Of a stretch of 64,000 nt of DNA, positions 1 through 13,512 are shown piece after piece. The DNA lies in assembly GCA_964270895.1 (NCBI GenBank), contig OZ185435.1, one strand, 5' to 3'. Source of the DNA: Podarcis filfolensis (Eukaryota). The translations under genes were made by a program, and so were the position numbers. The stretch's first letter is position 1. Each line of letters starts with the position of its first letter. Below the pieces are notes generated by a model. The model saw only the letters and a program-made list of their open reading frames with translations, was not told the DNA's origin and ran no database searches.

Positions 1-708
1 ATGTTTTCCCCAGGGACATCACACAGATTTCTCCCCATCTTGATTCTATTTTTTTTAAACAGCCTGCTCACCATGCTCAGTGAATCCTCTGCAGACCAAC
101 AGGCTAGCTATCTGCGTGTGCTTGTGTGTTTAAAGAAGGGTAGCAGCACACCCTTACAGTAATTTGGACAGCTGTTTGATTGGCCTGATTTCTCGGCGAT
201 TGTCATGTATTTCTGCAATGAATTAATGCCCCACTGTTTTTGCTATTGCAACACAAGCGCCAAAGCTCGTCTGCTCCTTTAATTAGAGCTCTAAACATCT
301 CTCGTGTCTGCAAATACTAATTTCAATTATCTGTGTACTTTCCTGCAAATGGCTCGCCACAGTCCTTCTCAGCCTTTGCACTTTTGAAGACTAGCACGTT
401 GGTAAGAAGATATGTGCAATTCTGGGTGTGAAACAGGCTCACAAATAATTAAAAATAAAACCTCCCGTTATCATTCAGGTACACAGGAGGACTAGTCTCC
501 TACTTGAGCAGATGTGGTTTAAATTATTTAAAATTCTTAATTTATTTCATGTCCTTTAAGGACCAGATTTACATTGCATTGTGATGAAGTGGTACAGAGT
601 GCCATTTCAGCACTAGTAGACCTCAGATTCATCCAGAGGAGCACAGGTTGAGCACAGATTAAAAAAATGTGCTTCTGCAAGAAATAGTAGAAAAATCCAT
701 GGAGTATT

Positions 709-846
709 CAGGAGTAGCCAAAGTGGTGAACCGTGGATGTTGTTGGACTATAACCCCTATAACCCTTGATTACTGGCTATGCTTGCTACAGTTGATGGGA
801 GTTGTGGTCCAATCACATCAAAAAGGCAGCATGTTGGCTTTCCCTA
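709..846. mobile_element. Palindromic non-autonomous hAT-like MITE (squamate ggactacaactcccatc family)
   Basis: Ends caggagtagccaa ... ttggctttcccta; internal inverted ttggactataacccc / gatgggagttgtggtccaa. The same architecture recurs about 10 times in the window. Confidence 0.55.
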
Positions 847-849
847 GGC

Positions 850-895
850 TGATCAATGGGTGATCAATGGCTATTGATCAATGGGTTGATCAATG
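850..895 (+). repeat. Four copies of TGATCAATG at a retroposon 5' junction
   Basis: Copies at 850, 861, 875 and 887, running directly into the CR1-type tail. Confidence 0.85.
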
Positions 896-959
896 CATTG
901 CAGGGGGTTGTACTAGATGACCCTTGGAATCCGTTTCAACTCTATAATTCTATGATTCT
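893..959 (+). mobile_element. CR1-type 3' tail (truncated CR1, or 3' half of the tRNA-Ile/CR1-tail SINE)
   Basis: tgcattgcagggggttgtactagatgaccc...caactctataattctatgattct ends in the CR1 (ATTCTRTG)n tail and matches 46693-46758. Confidence 0.8.
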
Positions 960-1032
960 GTTAACTATGATAGATAAATGGAACCTATATGTTAGCAGTA
1001 TATTTGGGGCAAACAACTGGTGAAATATATGT

Positions 1033-1146
1033 GAGAGCCATTGTGTGTTATGAGTGATGGACTAAGGCCTGGGAGACCAGGGTTCAGATCTTCATTTGGC
1101 TATGAAGCTCACCTTGGGCCATTCACTCACCCTCAGCCTAACTCTG
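1033..1146 (+). mobile_element. tRNA-derived SINE, Squam3-like, decayed
   Basis: gagagcca...ggactaaggcctgggagaccagggttcagatc...atgaagctcaccttgggccattcactcaccctcagcctaac resembles the remembered Squam3-type consensus (box B GGTTCA). Confidence 0.65.
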
Positions 1147-2860
1147 TGTGTTTGTGTGTGTGTCTCACATGTCCCCAATGGTAAAATTACTGGCTTCCAG
1201 TAAATGCAAACACAAGCAATGGGCAAGGCAAGCATGCCTGGTATTGCACTTCCCTGAGCGCAGGGCTTTATTGTCGTCAGCTCTGTCTCGCTCCACCACA
1301 GAGCTGTTCATTCCAGCTCAGTCTGATCAAGGCAAGGAGGATGCAGGCAGCAGTGGCAGTGGTGCCAGGACTCATCTGTACTCAGATGCCTGTCTCCTGT
1401 TCTCTTCTTCCCCCACCCCTCCCCACAACAGAGGAGAAGGAAAGCCACCCGGCCAACCCTCTCCACAAGCAAGTGAGATGACAAAGAGCTTCTTTGTGGT
1501 CTTTGGAGTTTCTTTGCCTCCAGTTGCTTAGGCACCTGGGGACTTGGCATTGCTGGGGAAGATGGCAGCGTCAACCAGGGCTTTCAGTGGACCTGCTAGG
1601 AGGTGTTTGGCAGTATGGGGGAAGGAACTAAAAATGGAGGGAGGAAGAAGAGCAGGAGTGAATCGAGAAGGCTAGTGGATTCTCACCTGCCTGTGTAGAC
1701 ATGCACACATCTCTGCTTTGGGGAGTGTCTGTTTGTGTTTTGTAGCCGTGCATGCATGCAAACACTGCCTCTTTGCAGTGCAAGCTTGGTAGGTGCACTT
1801 AGTCCAGGATCAATGCTTCTCATATTGTCTTGGGCAGCTATGTTTTGAAGGGATGAACCCTAAGCATGGATGGTGGTAATGAGTTGTTAGGCTCTCAAAG
1901 TGTTGGCAAGAACAGCTGGTTCTTCTGTGCACCAGCCTTTGCTCTAGCCATCACCTGGATTTCAAAGGGGACAGGCATGTCAAGTATGGCAACCACTGTC
2001 TGTTCTACGTCGGACATCACAATAGCCTTTCTAAGTTGGCTGCCTGTTCCTGGTGTAATACAGATCAGACATGGCACCCTCTGATATCAGAAACCCTGTT
2101 ATGAAACAGTTTATTTCTTATTCGTGCTGAGACACCCTGGAGAGCATTTTAGTGAAACAGAAAGAGGGGTGACAGCTCTTGTTTCAGTTTACCAATTTAA
2201 GAACATCATAAAGCAAACCACATCTGAGTCAGGTGCAGCACACAGAACTGTGAATCGTCTTTTGTGCTCTGGGGAGTTTTAAAAGTCATAACTTTGAAAT
2301 TCCACTTAACTTGCACTTCACTGCTGTATAGTCAAGACTCTGAAACCCCTGACAGCTGGCCATGCACCTCGTGGCTTAGAGTCAAGGGCCACATATCACA
2401 GTTCTCCAAACTGTCTTTGAAGACACTTTCCCAAGAGCTATTCTACATTGCTTTAAAACATTTTTATCATTCATTTCTCATTATTAAGTTTGGGGGGGGA
2501 TTACTTTCCTTTTTAAAGACAAATTTGGGATTCATAATGCTAAGCTATCTGGATCACATGATGATATTAAAAACACCCCTGTTTTAAAATATTAACACCT
2601 TTTACAGAGCTTTTGGAGTGGTTTACAAAACAAGAGAAAACACACAAATAAAACAGGAGAGCCACATGCTGTACTCAGCCTTGTTGAATTTTAGGGATGT
2701 CACCATTCCTCCAACAATGCAAAAAGAAGTATTTCCTTCACGTGGGATAATATTTACTTTCACGCCATCAATGACCTTGTGGTGGTGTGCAATCACTACA
2801 TGGAATCATAGCAAGTTTAAAGCCTGGTGACTGCGGGTAAGTGTAATTTAGCTCCCCTAA

Positions 2861-2884
2861 ATCATCATCATCATCACCATCATC
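2861..2884 (+). repeat. (CAT)n microsatellite
   Basis: atcatcatcatcatcaccatcatc; source of the poly-His in ORF 2827-3030. Confidence 0.9.
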
Positions 2885-4467
2885 CTAGAAATGCTCTCTG
2901 TCAACTTTGCCACCTGCATAAGGGACAGCAAAATTGGCAGGGGATGTCTACCCCATCAAGTCTAGTGGGTAGGGTCAATCACGAGGTGATTGTAGAACAC
3001 AATCACGAGGTTCTACAGTCCATGCCATGATGCAGATGACAATTCATTGAGTCAACAAACCCTAGGAACCCACCATCACCAGCTGATGGTACTCAACTAG
3101 TACCTTGCAAAATTCATAGGCATGGTGTAGATCTCTTCTCCATAGTGAAGTGGCTGTCTTCCTGGAGTTTATGCAGCACAATACTCCCAAACTGATGCTT
3201 CTTGGCAAACCTTGTTCTGTTGCTCCAGCCCTTGTAGTGCTGCCTCTTACAGGGTCCAAACTCTTAAAGGCCACTGGGTGCAACTATTGGGTACAACATT
3301 TGGGTGCAACTAGCCATTTAGCAGCTACACAGCTGCACAGTGTTGACTATCTGCCATTGCTACCTTGTAGGGTTAGGGCATAATCATGCTCATCCGCATG
3401 TGACTTACCTCTGCCCTGATTTCAACATAAAGTAGAATAAACCAAGTATTGTCTTTTAGTTCATAACTAAAAGGACCAGCATATTTCCTTGACTGGTCAG
3501 TGATGCAATGCCTTGAGAACATGTTGCTCTAAACTTCCTCAAAGCTAAACACTGTCACATAATTAATTCCAGGCATAGATAGCTCCTTGTGCATTTGGCT
3601 CATCCATCATCATACGCTGCTCCTTTGTTGTTCTATTCAAATCAGTTTTTCCTACACAAACTATTGGCACGTTACCACGTAGTGTTTGGGTAATCTTACC
3701 CTTCTCCCACACTACATATAATATTGGCAGGCAATGCCCACCACACTTCAAGTGATTAGAAAATGAAGTCTGTACTCAAAATACTTTGGAGCCAAAGCCC
3801 ATTTCGGATTTGCTGTTGAAACATTTCCTCCAGCATTTCCGCCACTTCATCCATCCAACTTTTATTGAGCCAAAAGTATTACCTATTGCTATTTTCTTGG
3901 CTCTTGTACTGAACTGGAGTTATATTAGTTCTTATTTCTAGATAGAGAGGTACAGAATAATACATTGCATTTGCTCTATGCAAAAAGAACATTGACAACA
4001 CTCCTCAGAGGATGCCAGTATGATCTGTGATATGAAATGACTTTGCACTTTTAGTGTTTTTGTCTTTCTGTGTGCACTTAAAGGCATTTCATTAGAGTGT
4101 TTGGGTGAAGCCCCTCATACATTGTGTGAGGCAGCCAAGGGGCCATGCAAGCTCTTCGCCTCTCCCAGGCTCCCACCCTGGGTCACAGGCCTGCTGCCCA
4201 CAGTTCCTGGCTTACAATTCTGTATCCTGACTGATGGGGGTGCCCCTGCCCTCATACCTCTCTTAAGTGATAACTGAAAAGCCTAGATTTGCTTGGTCAT
4301 CTAACAAGTCTACTCACCATAAATAGTGCTGAAGCCAGTTTGTATCCTCATATCCTCCATGATACATTTTGAAAATTTCCACACACTTCCACACTCAATA
4401 TAGATGTCCCTTGTGGTTTTTTCAACTGATTGGGAGACTTCCCTGTTGTTTCTATGTGAGATACAAG

Positions 4468-4682
4468 AACCTCTGCTTGAAAACCTCCAGGAGAGTCCAC
4501 AACCTCCAGAGGGAGACCATTCCACTGTCAAACAGCTCTTACTGCCAGAAAGCTCTTCCCTGATATTTAGTTGGAATCTCTTTTCTTGCAACTTGAAGCT
4601 GTTTCTTTGGGTCCTATATTCTAGTAACAAGTGCCCACTTCCTTTAAGAATATTAAATACCTTCACCATATTTCTTGCTCTT
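4468..4682 (-). mobile_element. CR1 LINE ORF2 C-terminal fragment
   Basis: Minus-strand translation RTQRNSFKLQEKRFQLNIRE is the typical CR1 ORF2 C-terminus; DNA is similar to the copy at 13266-13512. Confidence 0.85.
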
Positions 4683-5292
4683 GGACAGAAGGAACATTGC
4701 TACTATTCTTCCCCCATATGCAATTTTCTTCCTCGGAAGGAATTATTGCCTTCCTAGGCTTGTGAGGCATAGTGACCTAGCATTTATCTCATCTGGTGAA
4801 CATTGAATAAAGGCTGAAAAACTGAACGCATGCAATATAACACATTTTCTTTATAAGGACCATTGTAACTTTTGCTTAGCCTGTTTTTGATGTATAAATA
4901 GAAAGGTCACTTTCCATTCAAAAGATGAAAAGGAAGGAGTACCAAAAATGAAGTTCTGACTCTGAATAAATAGCTGACAGGTGCACTGCAATATGAATGT
5001 TTGAAACCACTCGTCTGCTTTGTTTAAAAGTATTTTCAAAAGCTTTAAAAATGGTGCACAGAAGGCAGGAAAACAAATATCTAGGTTGCCTTTGGATGAA
5101 ACTAACAGTGTTCATGGCATTTATTGTGTAGGAAATATATGTATATGTCTAAGATTTTTGTGAACTTTATTATGAGTCCTGTGAAATCAAAATCAACTAG
5201 TCATTATATTTATGAAAACTAGATTTGATTTAGGAAATATAAGAAAAAGCATCCTGGACCTCATTTTGGTTTCATAGCTTCCTGAAGTTGAA

Positions 5293-5294
<2 letters not shown>

Positions 5295-5350
<56 letters not shown>
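5295..5350 (+). repeat. (TC)28 microsatellite
   Basis: Uninterrupted TC run. Confidence 0.97.
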
Positions 5351-5352
<2 letters not shown>

Positions 5353-6249
5353 GCTTTCTCCTTTGGGAGATGTAATAATAAACCAATATGTGGTTACTCA
5401 CAGGAAATGACTTTTCCATTTTCTACATCATAGTGGCCCAAGCAACCTATTTCCAAATAATACAGAATCTTTGACCCCAACTGAGCTCAAGATCATAGTT
5501 TAAGGAAGAGTTTTCTTTGTGTCATAAATGGTTATACTGATGTATTTCCCAGCTGGACTCTGACTCTCTCAACTTCCATTTCAGAATCTAAATCCATAAT
5601 CCGTACAGACCATCTTGAGCAATGGAAATAGCACACTTTTGGGGGGGGGAGGGGGAAAGGGGAAGAAATCATATGGATCTGGGGCAAGAATTATTTTCTT
5701 TAAAATGCTCCTCATTTTCTGTGCCAGAGTCCATCATTTATCTCAGCAGACTGGTGGTCTGGAAGAGGGCTACACAGCACAATTTCTTTTCTCTCTCCCA
5801 TACTGGTTTAAAAATGCACCTAGAATGGATACAGATGGTGCGGCCATTCTGGGGGCTGTTGTATTTGCTCGGTTTGAACTCTTATGAATAGTTACTGCCA
5901 ATGATTCTGTATCGGGAGGAATTATTGTCCCAATAGTTGTTATGTGCACTGAATGGAAATAACCTTACTCGTTGCACTTGAGACTCTTCAGGTTACAGCT
6001 GAAATGTAGTGCCGGAGGTGAAAGACTGGTCTTATTAGAATTGACAGTGGGTATCAGGGTTAACTGCTGCTCCCCGGGAGCACTAATATATTATTACCCA
6101 GCCTTTTAACTCCATTTTGTCAATCTGAGTACCCAGCTGAACTCTCAGGGCTGCTTCTCATGTGGTGGCTTTCATGCAGATGCAACATCCCAAGTAGGAA
6201 TGACGTGGATGACATTTCTATTTCATCAGTTGTACACATAGCGCACAAA

Positions 6250-6430
6250 CATTATTTATACTTTTCAGATTTATACATTTCACTGATTTTACAATCATTT
6301 TGTCATTTCAAAACTTGACTTCCTTCCCCCACTTTCTGCCTTAAATTTATTTTTTTAGTAACTTTTGCATATCCAAATTAACTTAATTTGTTCATTTATT
6401 CATCTTCTTTAAATACAGATATACACCTCT
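6250..6430 (-). mobile_element. Probable L1-type LINE 3' UTR fragment
   Basis: AT-rich tract (cagatttatacatttc...caaaacttgacttccttcccc...atatccaaattaacttaatttg) resembling lacertid L1 3' ends from memory; no TSD found. Confidence 0.35.
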
Positions 6431-6960
6431 CAAGTATGATAGCAAATTTGGAGGCTGTGTACATGCATATATGTAATGGGTTTTGTTTTGTTTTTTTGTT
6501 TAAATGCTTAGCCCCTTAGAAGGTCTCCTCTCTGCTTAGTTTTTCGACTCCCTTTAAACTGAAACTGCCTCTTATTTTTTTAACTACCCAAACTCAGAAC
6601 TGGTTTTCAGTTTTGACCTGAGCAGGTGGTATGACTGTAGCACATGACAAAGTGTCTCAAAGAGCCTAATGACTCTTTAGAGAGTGCCATCAAGGATGAA
6701 ACCATGCCAGGCTGAGAGAAAGAGCCACTTTGTGTAACAGAACAGCATAGCTGTAATGATATCCTTGAATTAAGTAGAGAAACATCCCTCATGGCAACAA
6801 GGATATTTATTTACTGAGCGTACCCTGTGCAGTCTCTTACAAAAGTTTGGCAGCATCAGTGATCCCTTACAATCATCACTATTTACAAATTCCAAACAGA
6901 TTAAGCTGAGGTAAATTGTATGCTTTCGCAGGAAAATGTTCAAGTGCTGTAATAGCTAGC

Positions 6961-7049
6961 AGCACAATCCTGTGCAGGTTTGCTCAGAGGCCAGTCCCAC
7001 TGTGTTTAAAGGGACTTACTCCCAGGTAAGTGTGCTTATATTGCAGCCT
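6961..7049. mobile_element. Short palindromic squamate interspersed repeat (caatcct...aggattg family)
   Basis: gcacaatcctgtgc...agtcccac...gggacttactcccaggtaagtgtgcttatattgcagc; related copy at 22486-22708. Confidence 0.55.
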
Positions 7050-7642
7050 AAAACTAATCCTATATTACGGGTGCACATTGGCTCTGAAAGTAGCACAAAT
7101 CACACAATGAAATGGGTATCTTTATCCTCTTCCTCCTGTTGAAGTGCAATGCCTATAATATCCCCCATGTCAGATCAGAGTCCCCACAAAGCTTCTTGGT
7201 GCTCTGTAATTCTTGTACCTTTGAATATAATAATAATATTTTTTTATTAATACCCCGCCCTTCCTGGGCCCCTATCCAACTTTACTTATGGACAACTACT
7301 ACTATCAAACAGAGTGAGGCAGCTGCCTCAGGTTGTGGATGCAGTGGGTGTGGGAATGTTAAAGATGATAGGTAAGGATATACTGAATAAGTATTATCTT
7401 TCCTTCACTCAGCTAGTGAAGTGATGTAGCAGAACAAATTCCCCTCAATATAGCTGGAAGCTAGTCTGCAGATTTGTTTGAATCTCTTAGTTAAGTTTAT
7501 TCCTGGTGTCCCCTTTTGATCCCTCTTAAACGAATAAAGACACAAGAAGGAGAGCAGCATGGCAGCAAAAGAACAAGAAGACAATGAAAAGACAAAACTA
7601 GACTGAGAAAATGGCTGCATGATTTGGCTCTTTTGTGGAGTC

Positions 7643-7670
7643 AGCCAGAGCCAGAGCCAGAGCCAGAGCC
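7643..7670 (+). repeat. (AGCCAG)n hexamer repeat
   Basis: 4.7 perfect units; source of SQSQSQ/ARARAR in the ORF track. Confidence 0.9.
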
Positions 7671-10600
7671 ACGCCCATCTCCCAGGTCACATCACATGCA
7701 GGGGGAGGAAGCTGCAGTCAGTGGAACAGGGAGTTACACCAACTGGATGTCCCCCTGCCTGTGCCCACTCTAGGAAACCAAGGAATGTTGCATTTGACTG
7801 TAACAATGGATTACATCCCACAGTGGGCTGGGCAGCAGTAGCAACATGTCAGAGAAAAGAATTGAGTTTCGTCAGTGGGAGACCTCTGCAAGGACTTCCA
7901 CTTGAGCAACTGGGCTTTCTTCCCCACTTCCCCCTCCATGTGCCTCTCCCAAATTCAGATCCTCCCTGTGTGTCGTGCAGCCTGCCCTGGGCTTCGTAAA
8001 GTACCCTATCCTGAGGTACAGTGGAGAATGCTGTCCCATTGTTAGTGCTGATTCACCTGCTACTCTGGTCAGCTTCTGTACAGAGAATGGGAGTGAGGTG
8101 GTGGGGAGACAGAGATCTTTTCCTTCACCTCATCAGTCAAAGAAAACCTCTGTCCGTTTGGAACTAAGACCTCTCGCACTGTAAATATAAATTTAAAATC
8201 TACATCCATTTTTTTTTTTAAAAAAATTATATAGCTAGGAATCTTCACTCTAAATAAATTGGGCACACAGGCCATCCTATGTAGTTAGTGATTCTGTAGA
8301 GCCTTTGGCTCAGCTCTGAGGTTTCCCTGCTGGAATATGCAAAGTTCTTGGCCAACTCTTTGCAGTAGTGTCCTTTCCCATTTGACCTCAGTGTGGGGAA
8401 GAGTTAATGACTATCTAAGAAAATAAAGCAGTTCATTACTCAAAGAAAATCTATGTCAGCTTGGAGTGAAGATTTCTAGAGCTGCAAACACAAATTAAAA
8501 AATTGCATTGGGCAGGGAGAGATTTTTAATGTTCCAGCGTGAGGAATCTAGTTCCAAGAAACTGGATGCAGAAGGCCCCCTACTCATGTAATAAGTGTTT
8601 CATACATGTGGAATGTTAATGCGTATAAACCATTTTTGAATCACAAAGTTTGGACCACAAAAGAACAGGAAACGGATTTAATCTCCACGTGTAAACTTTG
8701 CTACTGGGTGACACTGTATGCATCAACAGCAAGCAGCCTTCCCACTGTTGGGGAAACAGATTCATTGGCCTCTATGTATACAGGTGGCTATGCACATGCT
8801 AATGTAAACTGTGCACTACAACCATGGCACCCTATGAGAAGGAGATATGAGGGTGAACTTTCCTGTCCATCTCTCAGTTTGCTCTTCTATGTTGCTGCCT
8901 CTGCTCATGGTTGCATATACAGAATACAGTGCTGTACAGCACCTCTAGATCTCAGTACCAAAACTAGAATGCTCTTTTGATCCAACTCTGGCTGCAAAGG
9001 CAACAAAACTGTGACTGAGCCAATGCTTTTATTTTTCCTTTAAAAAAGGCATTCTTACAGACTAATCCTTTGTTGTTTAAAAGATCCACATTAGCGTTCG
9101 TTTCTGTTCATTCGTTTCCCAGCAGGTGTCTCTGTACTGCAGCTTTATTGAAAGAGAATGAGTAGGCCAGGGTTAATTGTATAAAAATGTACAGAAAGTC
9201 AGTGACACTTAGGAGATGGACAAGTAGCTTTATCTTGTGTAATGTACTGTGTGTCACAGGGACTGCCGATGGCATAACTGCTCCTATGCATACATGTGGC
9301 AAATTCACATTGTGTGTTCGCAATAGAAGGAGACTGCATCACTAATCATGCTTGCGAAAGGATGTTCAAAATGGCAGGATTTCAACACAGATCGTATTTA
9401 TTTATTTATTTCTCAAGTTCAAACTTCTAGTTATTATGGAGAAGCTTCCTGACCTCCTGTACTTTGGCACACATAAATAAAATGCATATCAAGTGTATAA
9501 TAGCAGTTGGAAGTTTATCTTCATCAGCAACTAGAATGAAACTATTAAAGCCTTCAAAAGATAATGTGCAACCTTTCTTGGGATCATAAATGTGGAGGTT
9601 AATGAAGACTGCAGGCAGCCAGAGGAATGGAGAGTGGGAACCAGAGGTGGGAAGAGTGCGGGGGGGGGGATATAAAATGCAGTGATCATTACGAATCAGG
9701 TTTGTAGATTTCCTCGGCTCACGGCTGGCCAAAGCAACATTTTGTTGGCAACCAGATGCAGAGTGGAAAGGGTAGGGGGAGAATAATCATCTTATCAATT
9801 AACTGGCAACGTATACTCTTTTTAGTTAAGTAAAATATGTGTTAATGGAGGAATTGCTAACTTGGTGCCTGCCAGGTGCTGGTGATGAGCTCAGAAAGCA
9901 AGCCAGTGGTCAGGGTTGTGGGATATGTAGTCCACATGGGCTACCCTGCTTTAAGAGGTCTGTGTGCTCTACATTCACACAGATCTGGGTGGAATTCAAG
10001 AGTCTAATTTTACTGCTGTGTGGTTTTGTGTGTTTGTGTGTGTGTTTTGCATTTAGTGTTTTGCATTTGATTCCCATTGCAGATTTCAAGCCTTGGATCA
10101 TTCTTGAGGTGACCAGCAGCATGAAAGATGTTGAAAGCCCTATATAAAATTCAGTATATCGCATTAAGGTTGTATCATCTCATGAGTATCCAGAAAAAAG
10201 AAGCTCACAAATATTCCCTGATTCAACTATTAATCAGTATTGATTAATATACATATTAATAAAATATACATATTAATCAGTTTTGATTGATACATATCTG
10301 GTATGTACTAAATGAGACACAAATGGAATATATTGCAGGTTCTATTCCTTATTCTCTTGAAAAGGTTAAAAAAGTGACAAATGACATACCTAGATAGACC
10401 TTTTAAGGAGATATCTATAATCTTAACAGTACATTAGTTATAGCAATAGCCTTAGCAATTAGTGTTATTTTGGCATATAAACAGGAAACAATACTTTACC
10501 ATAGACTCCCTTGGACGCAAACGAAGATCTCTGCTGCTTCCTAGCAAACAAAAATCCAAAACTGGATGTACAAATTGATTATATCTGAATATTGAAAAGG

Positions 10601-13265
10601 AACAAAAAAAAATACCCATAGTTTAAGCAAATTGATATAGCATTATTATTATTATTCAGCAATGGTGTCCAGTTGAACAGCTGAAGCCAGTGAGCAAGTG
10701 TTGATTTCTTATTGAGTCATAATTATAAAAAGCCCACGCAAACATTCTTTTACTACATGCAACAAAATTAACTTGTGCATTTTAAAAAGTAAAACAGCTG
10801 CTTAAATTGCATGCTGTTTTCTGTTTTTGGTGGGGTGGGAGTGCTTTTGTTGAAGAGCCAACATTCCATACAAACAAGAAGAGGCTAGTGACAATTTCCA
10901 GAATGCTATGCACAATTTTCAAAACATACCCTCTCCACTCGGTTTTCGTCAACCTCCACTTCTTCATTTATCACCCTGATTTCTCACATCCTCTTTGTTT
11001 ATGAAGTGCCTCACCCCAACCCTTCAGTTTCAACCTATAATAAGCCAGGATACTGCACTTTTGTGGCAGATTGTTTCATTTTCTTATAAATATCCATGGG
11101 AAGAAAATGTGAATGACTGATGTGATGGCTACTTTTTGGAAGGAAACATTCTTGATCAATCTGGAAAGACAAAGGGGACAACACATTCAGATGACATGAG
11201 GTAGATTTTGAATGCACAGTGTTGAACAGTCTGTGAGGGACATGAGCTACTTATGTTGCTGTGACTTAAAAACCATTGACTGTGAGAAGATATGGCAGTC
11301 AAGCTAGTTGGTACCATCAACACTGTCTCCAGAAGGAGTGTCTGGGGCAGCTCACAAACATACAGAAGAATAGCAGAATTTTAAGACATAATTACACTAA
11401 TTTGACTACACAACTCCTACTCATTTAAGCAGGCCATAAGAAAATATAACTGCGTTCAGGATTGCAGCTTTAGTCATTTTGAGACTGGAAAGGGGGACAA
11501 AAAATGTTTTTCAAATTCTGCACTTTGGTTGGAATGGGACAAAGTGTTACCTGCTCAAAGGTGAAGGTGAAATAGAAGAGGTTGTGACCAAAAAGAAGGT
11601 GTCTTATTATGGTTTGAGCAGTTTAAGTATGGAAACTGAGAGCATTCTACACTTCTAAAATTTGTGAACATGCTGAACATTCCCTGTGATTTAAGTGCTA
11701 AGTGTCTATATATATCTAATGTATCTGGTCCCCCCTCCATTTTGCCAACTGCAGTTATCAGCTTTTGTATTCAGCTGTGCACTAAAAGAAAAACCCTTTA
11801 TAACATAAGGATTACAGTCATGGGGTTAGTTATTATATCCAATCATCTAATGCTGAAGGCTGTAACTGCCATTGAAAGGGTGGGCCTAGAAAGAACAAAT
11901 AAATAAAGAAATAAAAGAAATAATGCCAACACTAATAAAACCATCTAAGTTAGCTGGCCAGAATTTTAAATCACCCAAAGAATATAACTCAAGAGAACTT
12001 ATGAAATAAAAATTAATGTTTGGAACAAGGTTACTTCATCACACTTGTATTTGAAATTGGATTCCGTGTGGGTGGTGAGCCAAAGGCCTGATTGAATATA
12101 ACCATGGCAGAGACAGAAGGGAGGTGAGGAGGAGCCATATGTGCATGAAGTGAAGGGTGTCTGAAAGGATAGGAGCTGTGATTTGACTGCCAGCGCCAGT
12201 TTTCTGAGGGCAACATTTGGAAGGATTCTGATAAAACTGCTGGAATTAATGGACAGAAGCCCATTGGTGGAAAGGTTTCAAGAGGACAAGCCAAATTAAA
12301 GAAAACATACTCTCATCTCTTTATTCTGTGACGATGGTGTGTGAGAAACCCTTAAAACAATTATTAAGCAGGATATTCAGAACTCATGTGTTTTGTTACA
12401 AATATTCTCCCTCATCCTTATACATATTCTCTAATATAGACAGTAAACCTACAGGCAGGAGTTTTGTTGTTTGCTGCAGCACCAAGCACATTTTCAGCAC
12501 TATACATAAATATTAATAGAAATAGTGGCACTTGTGGCAGTAGCAATTAATACTTGAGTCACTTTCCTGTAAGATGTGTGTGTAAATGCACGTATCCAAA
12601 TGGTGAGTAGTTCTCATATGTCATGGCAGGCATTTCAAGTGGTTTCCACCTGGCATAACAGCATTCATCTCTCCTCCTCCCCTCATGGATCATGACTTTG
12701 TCACATTGCCTGGTCAATGGGAGGTGTACACTGGCAGAGTACTGGCAGAGACCATATTGCTGTGAGTCTTGGAGGACCTGCTCTCTGCCTTTTCTGCCTG
12801 GCCTGGGAGGCTGGGACCCTGGCTGACTCTGGCTACATAAAACTGAGGTGTTTTGGGGGTTGGGTTATTGGTGGTATGAGGTTGCTCAAATGCTTGCATG
12901 AGACACAGCAGCAGTGGTGGCCTTCCAGATTACTTCCATGCTTGTGGCACAGTATAAGTGGGAACATTTTGTGAGGAACAATTGGGAAAGGATAGATTTG
13001 TGTTTCTGACTCCCCGTTGTTTTGTAGGGTAAGTATTATGGGCTGCTGCCGTATCTGTTTCCTCTTCCTGCCTTGGGGTTTTTACCCCCTTTTTCATCTC
13101 TCTAAGCCCAGGTACATTAGTGCTTCAGCAAATTTATAGTATTGTGGACTTCCCAGGAAAAAAGGCCAAAAGCCACTGCATTTTTTCTTAATGGCATCTT
13201 AAAATGTTACACAGAAGAAAGCTGGATTAGGAAAACACCTTCACCCTAAGCAATCGTTGTCTAAT

Positions 13266-13512
13266 CGGAGCAATGGATCCAAACTACAAGAAAGAAGATT
13301 CCACCTAAACATTAGGAAGAACTTCCTGACAGTAAGAGCTGTTCGACAGTGGAATTTGCTGCCAATGGAGTGTGGTGGAGTCTCCTTCTTTGGAGGTCTT
13401 TAAGCAGAGGCTTGACAACCATATGTCAGGAGTGCTCTGATGGTGTTTCCTGCTTGGCAGGGGGTTGGACTCGATGGCCCTTGTGGTCTCTTCCAACTCT
13501 ATGATTCTATGA
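13266..13512 (+). mobile_element. CR1 LINE 3' end (ORF2 C-terminus, 3' UTR and tail)
   Basis: Translates RSNGSKLQERRFHLNIRKNFLTVRAVRQWNLLP, then a frameshifted VVESPSLEVFKQRLD; ends caactctatgattctatga. Confidence 0.92.
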
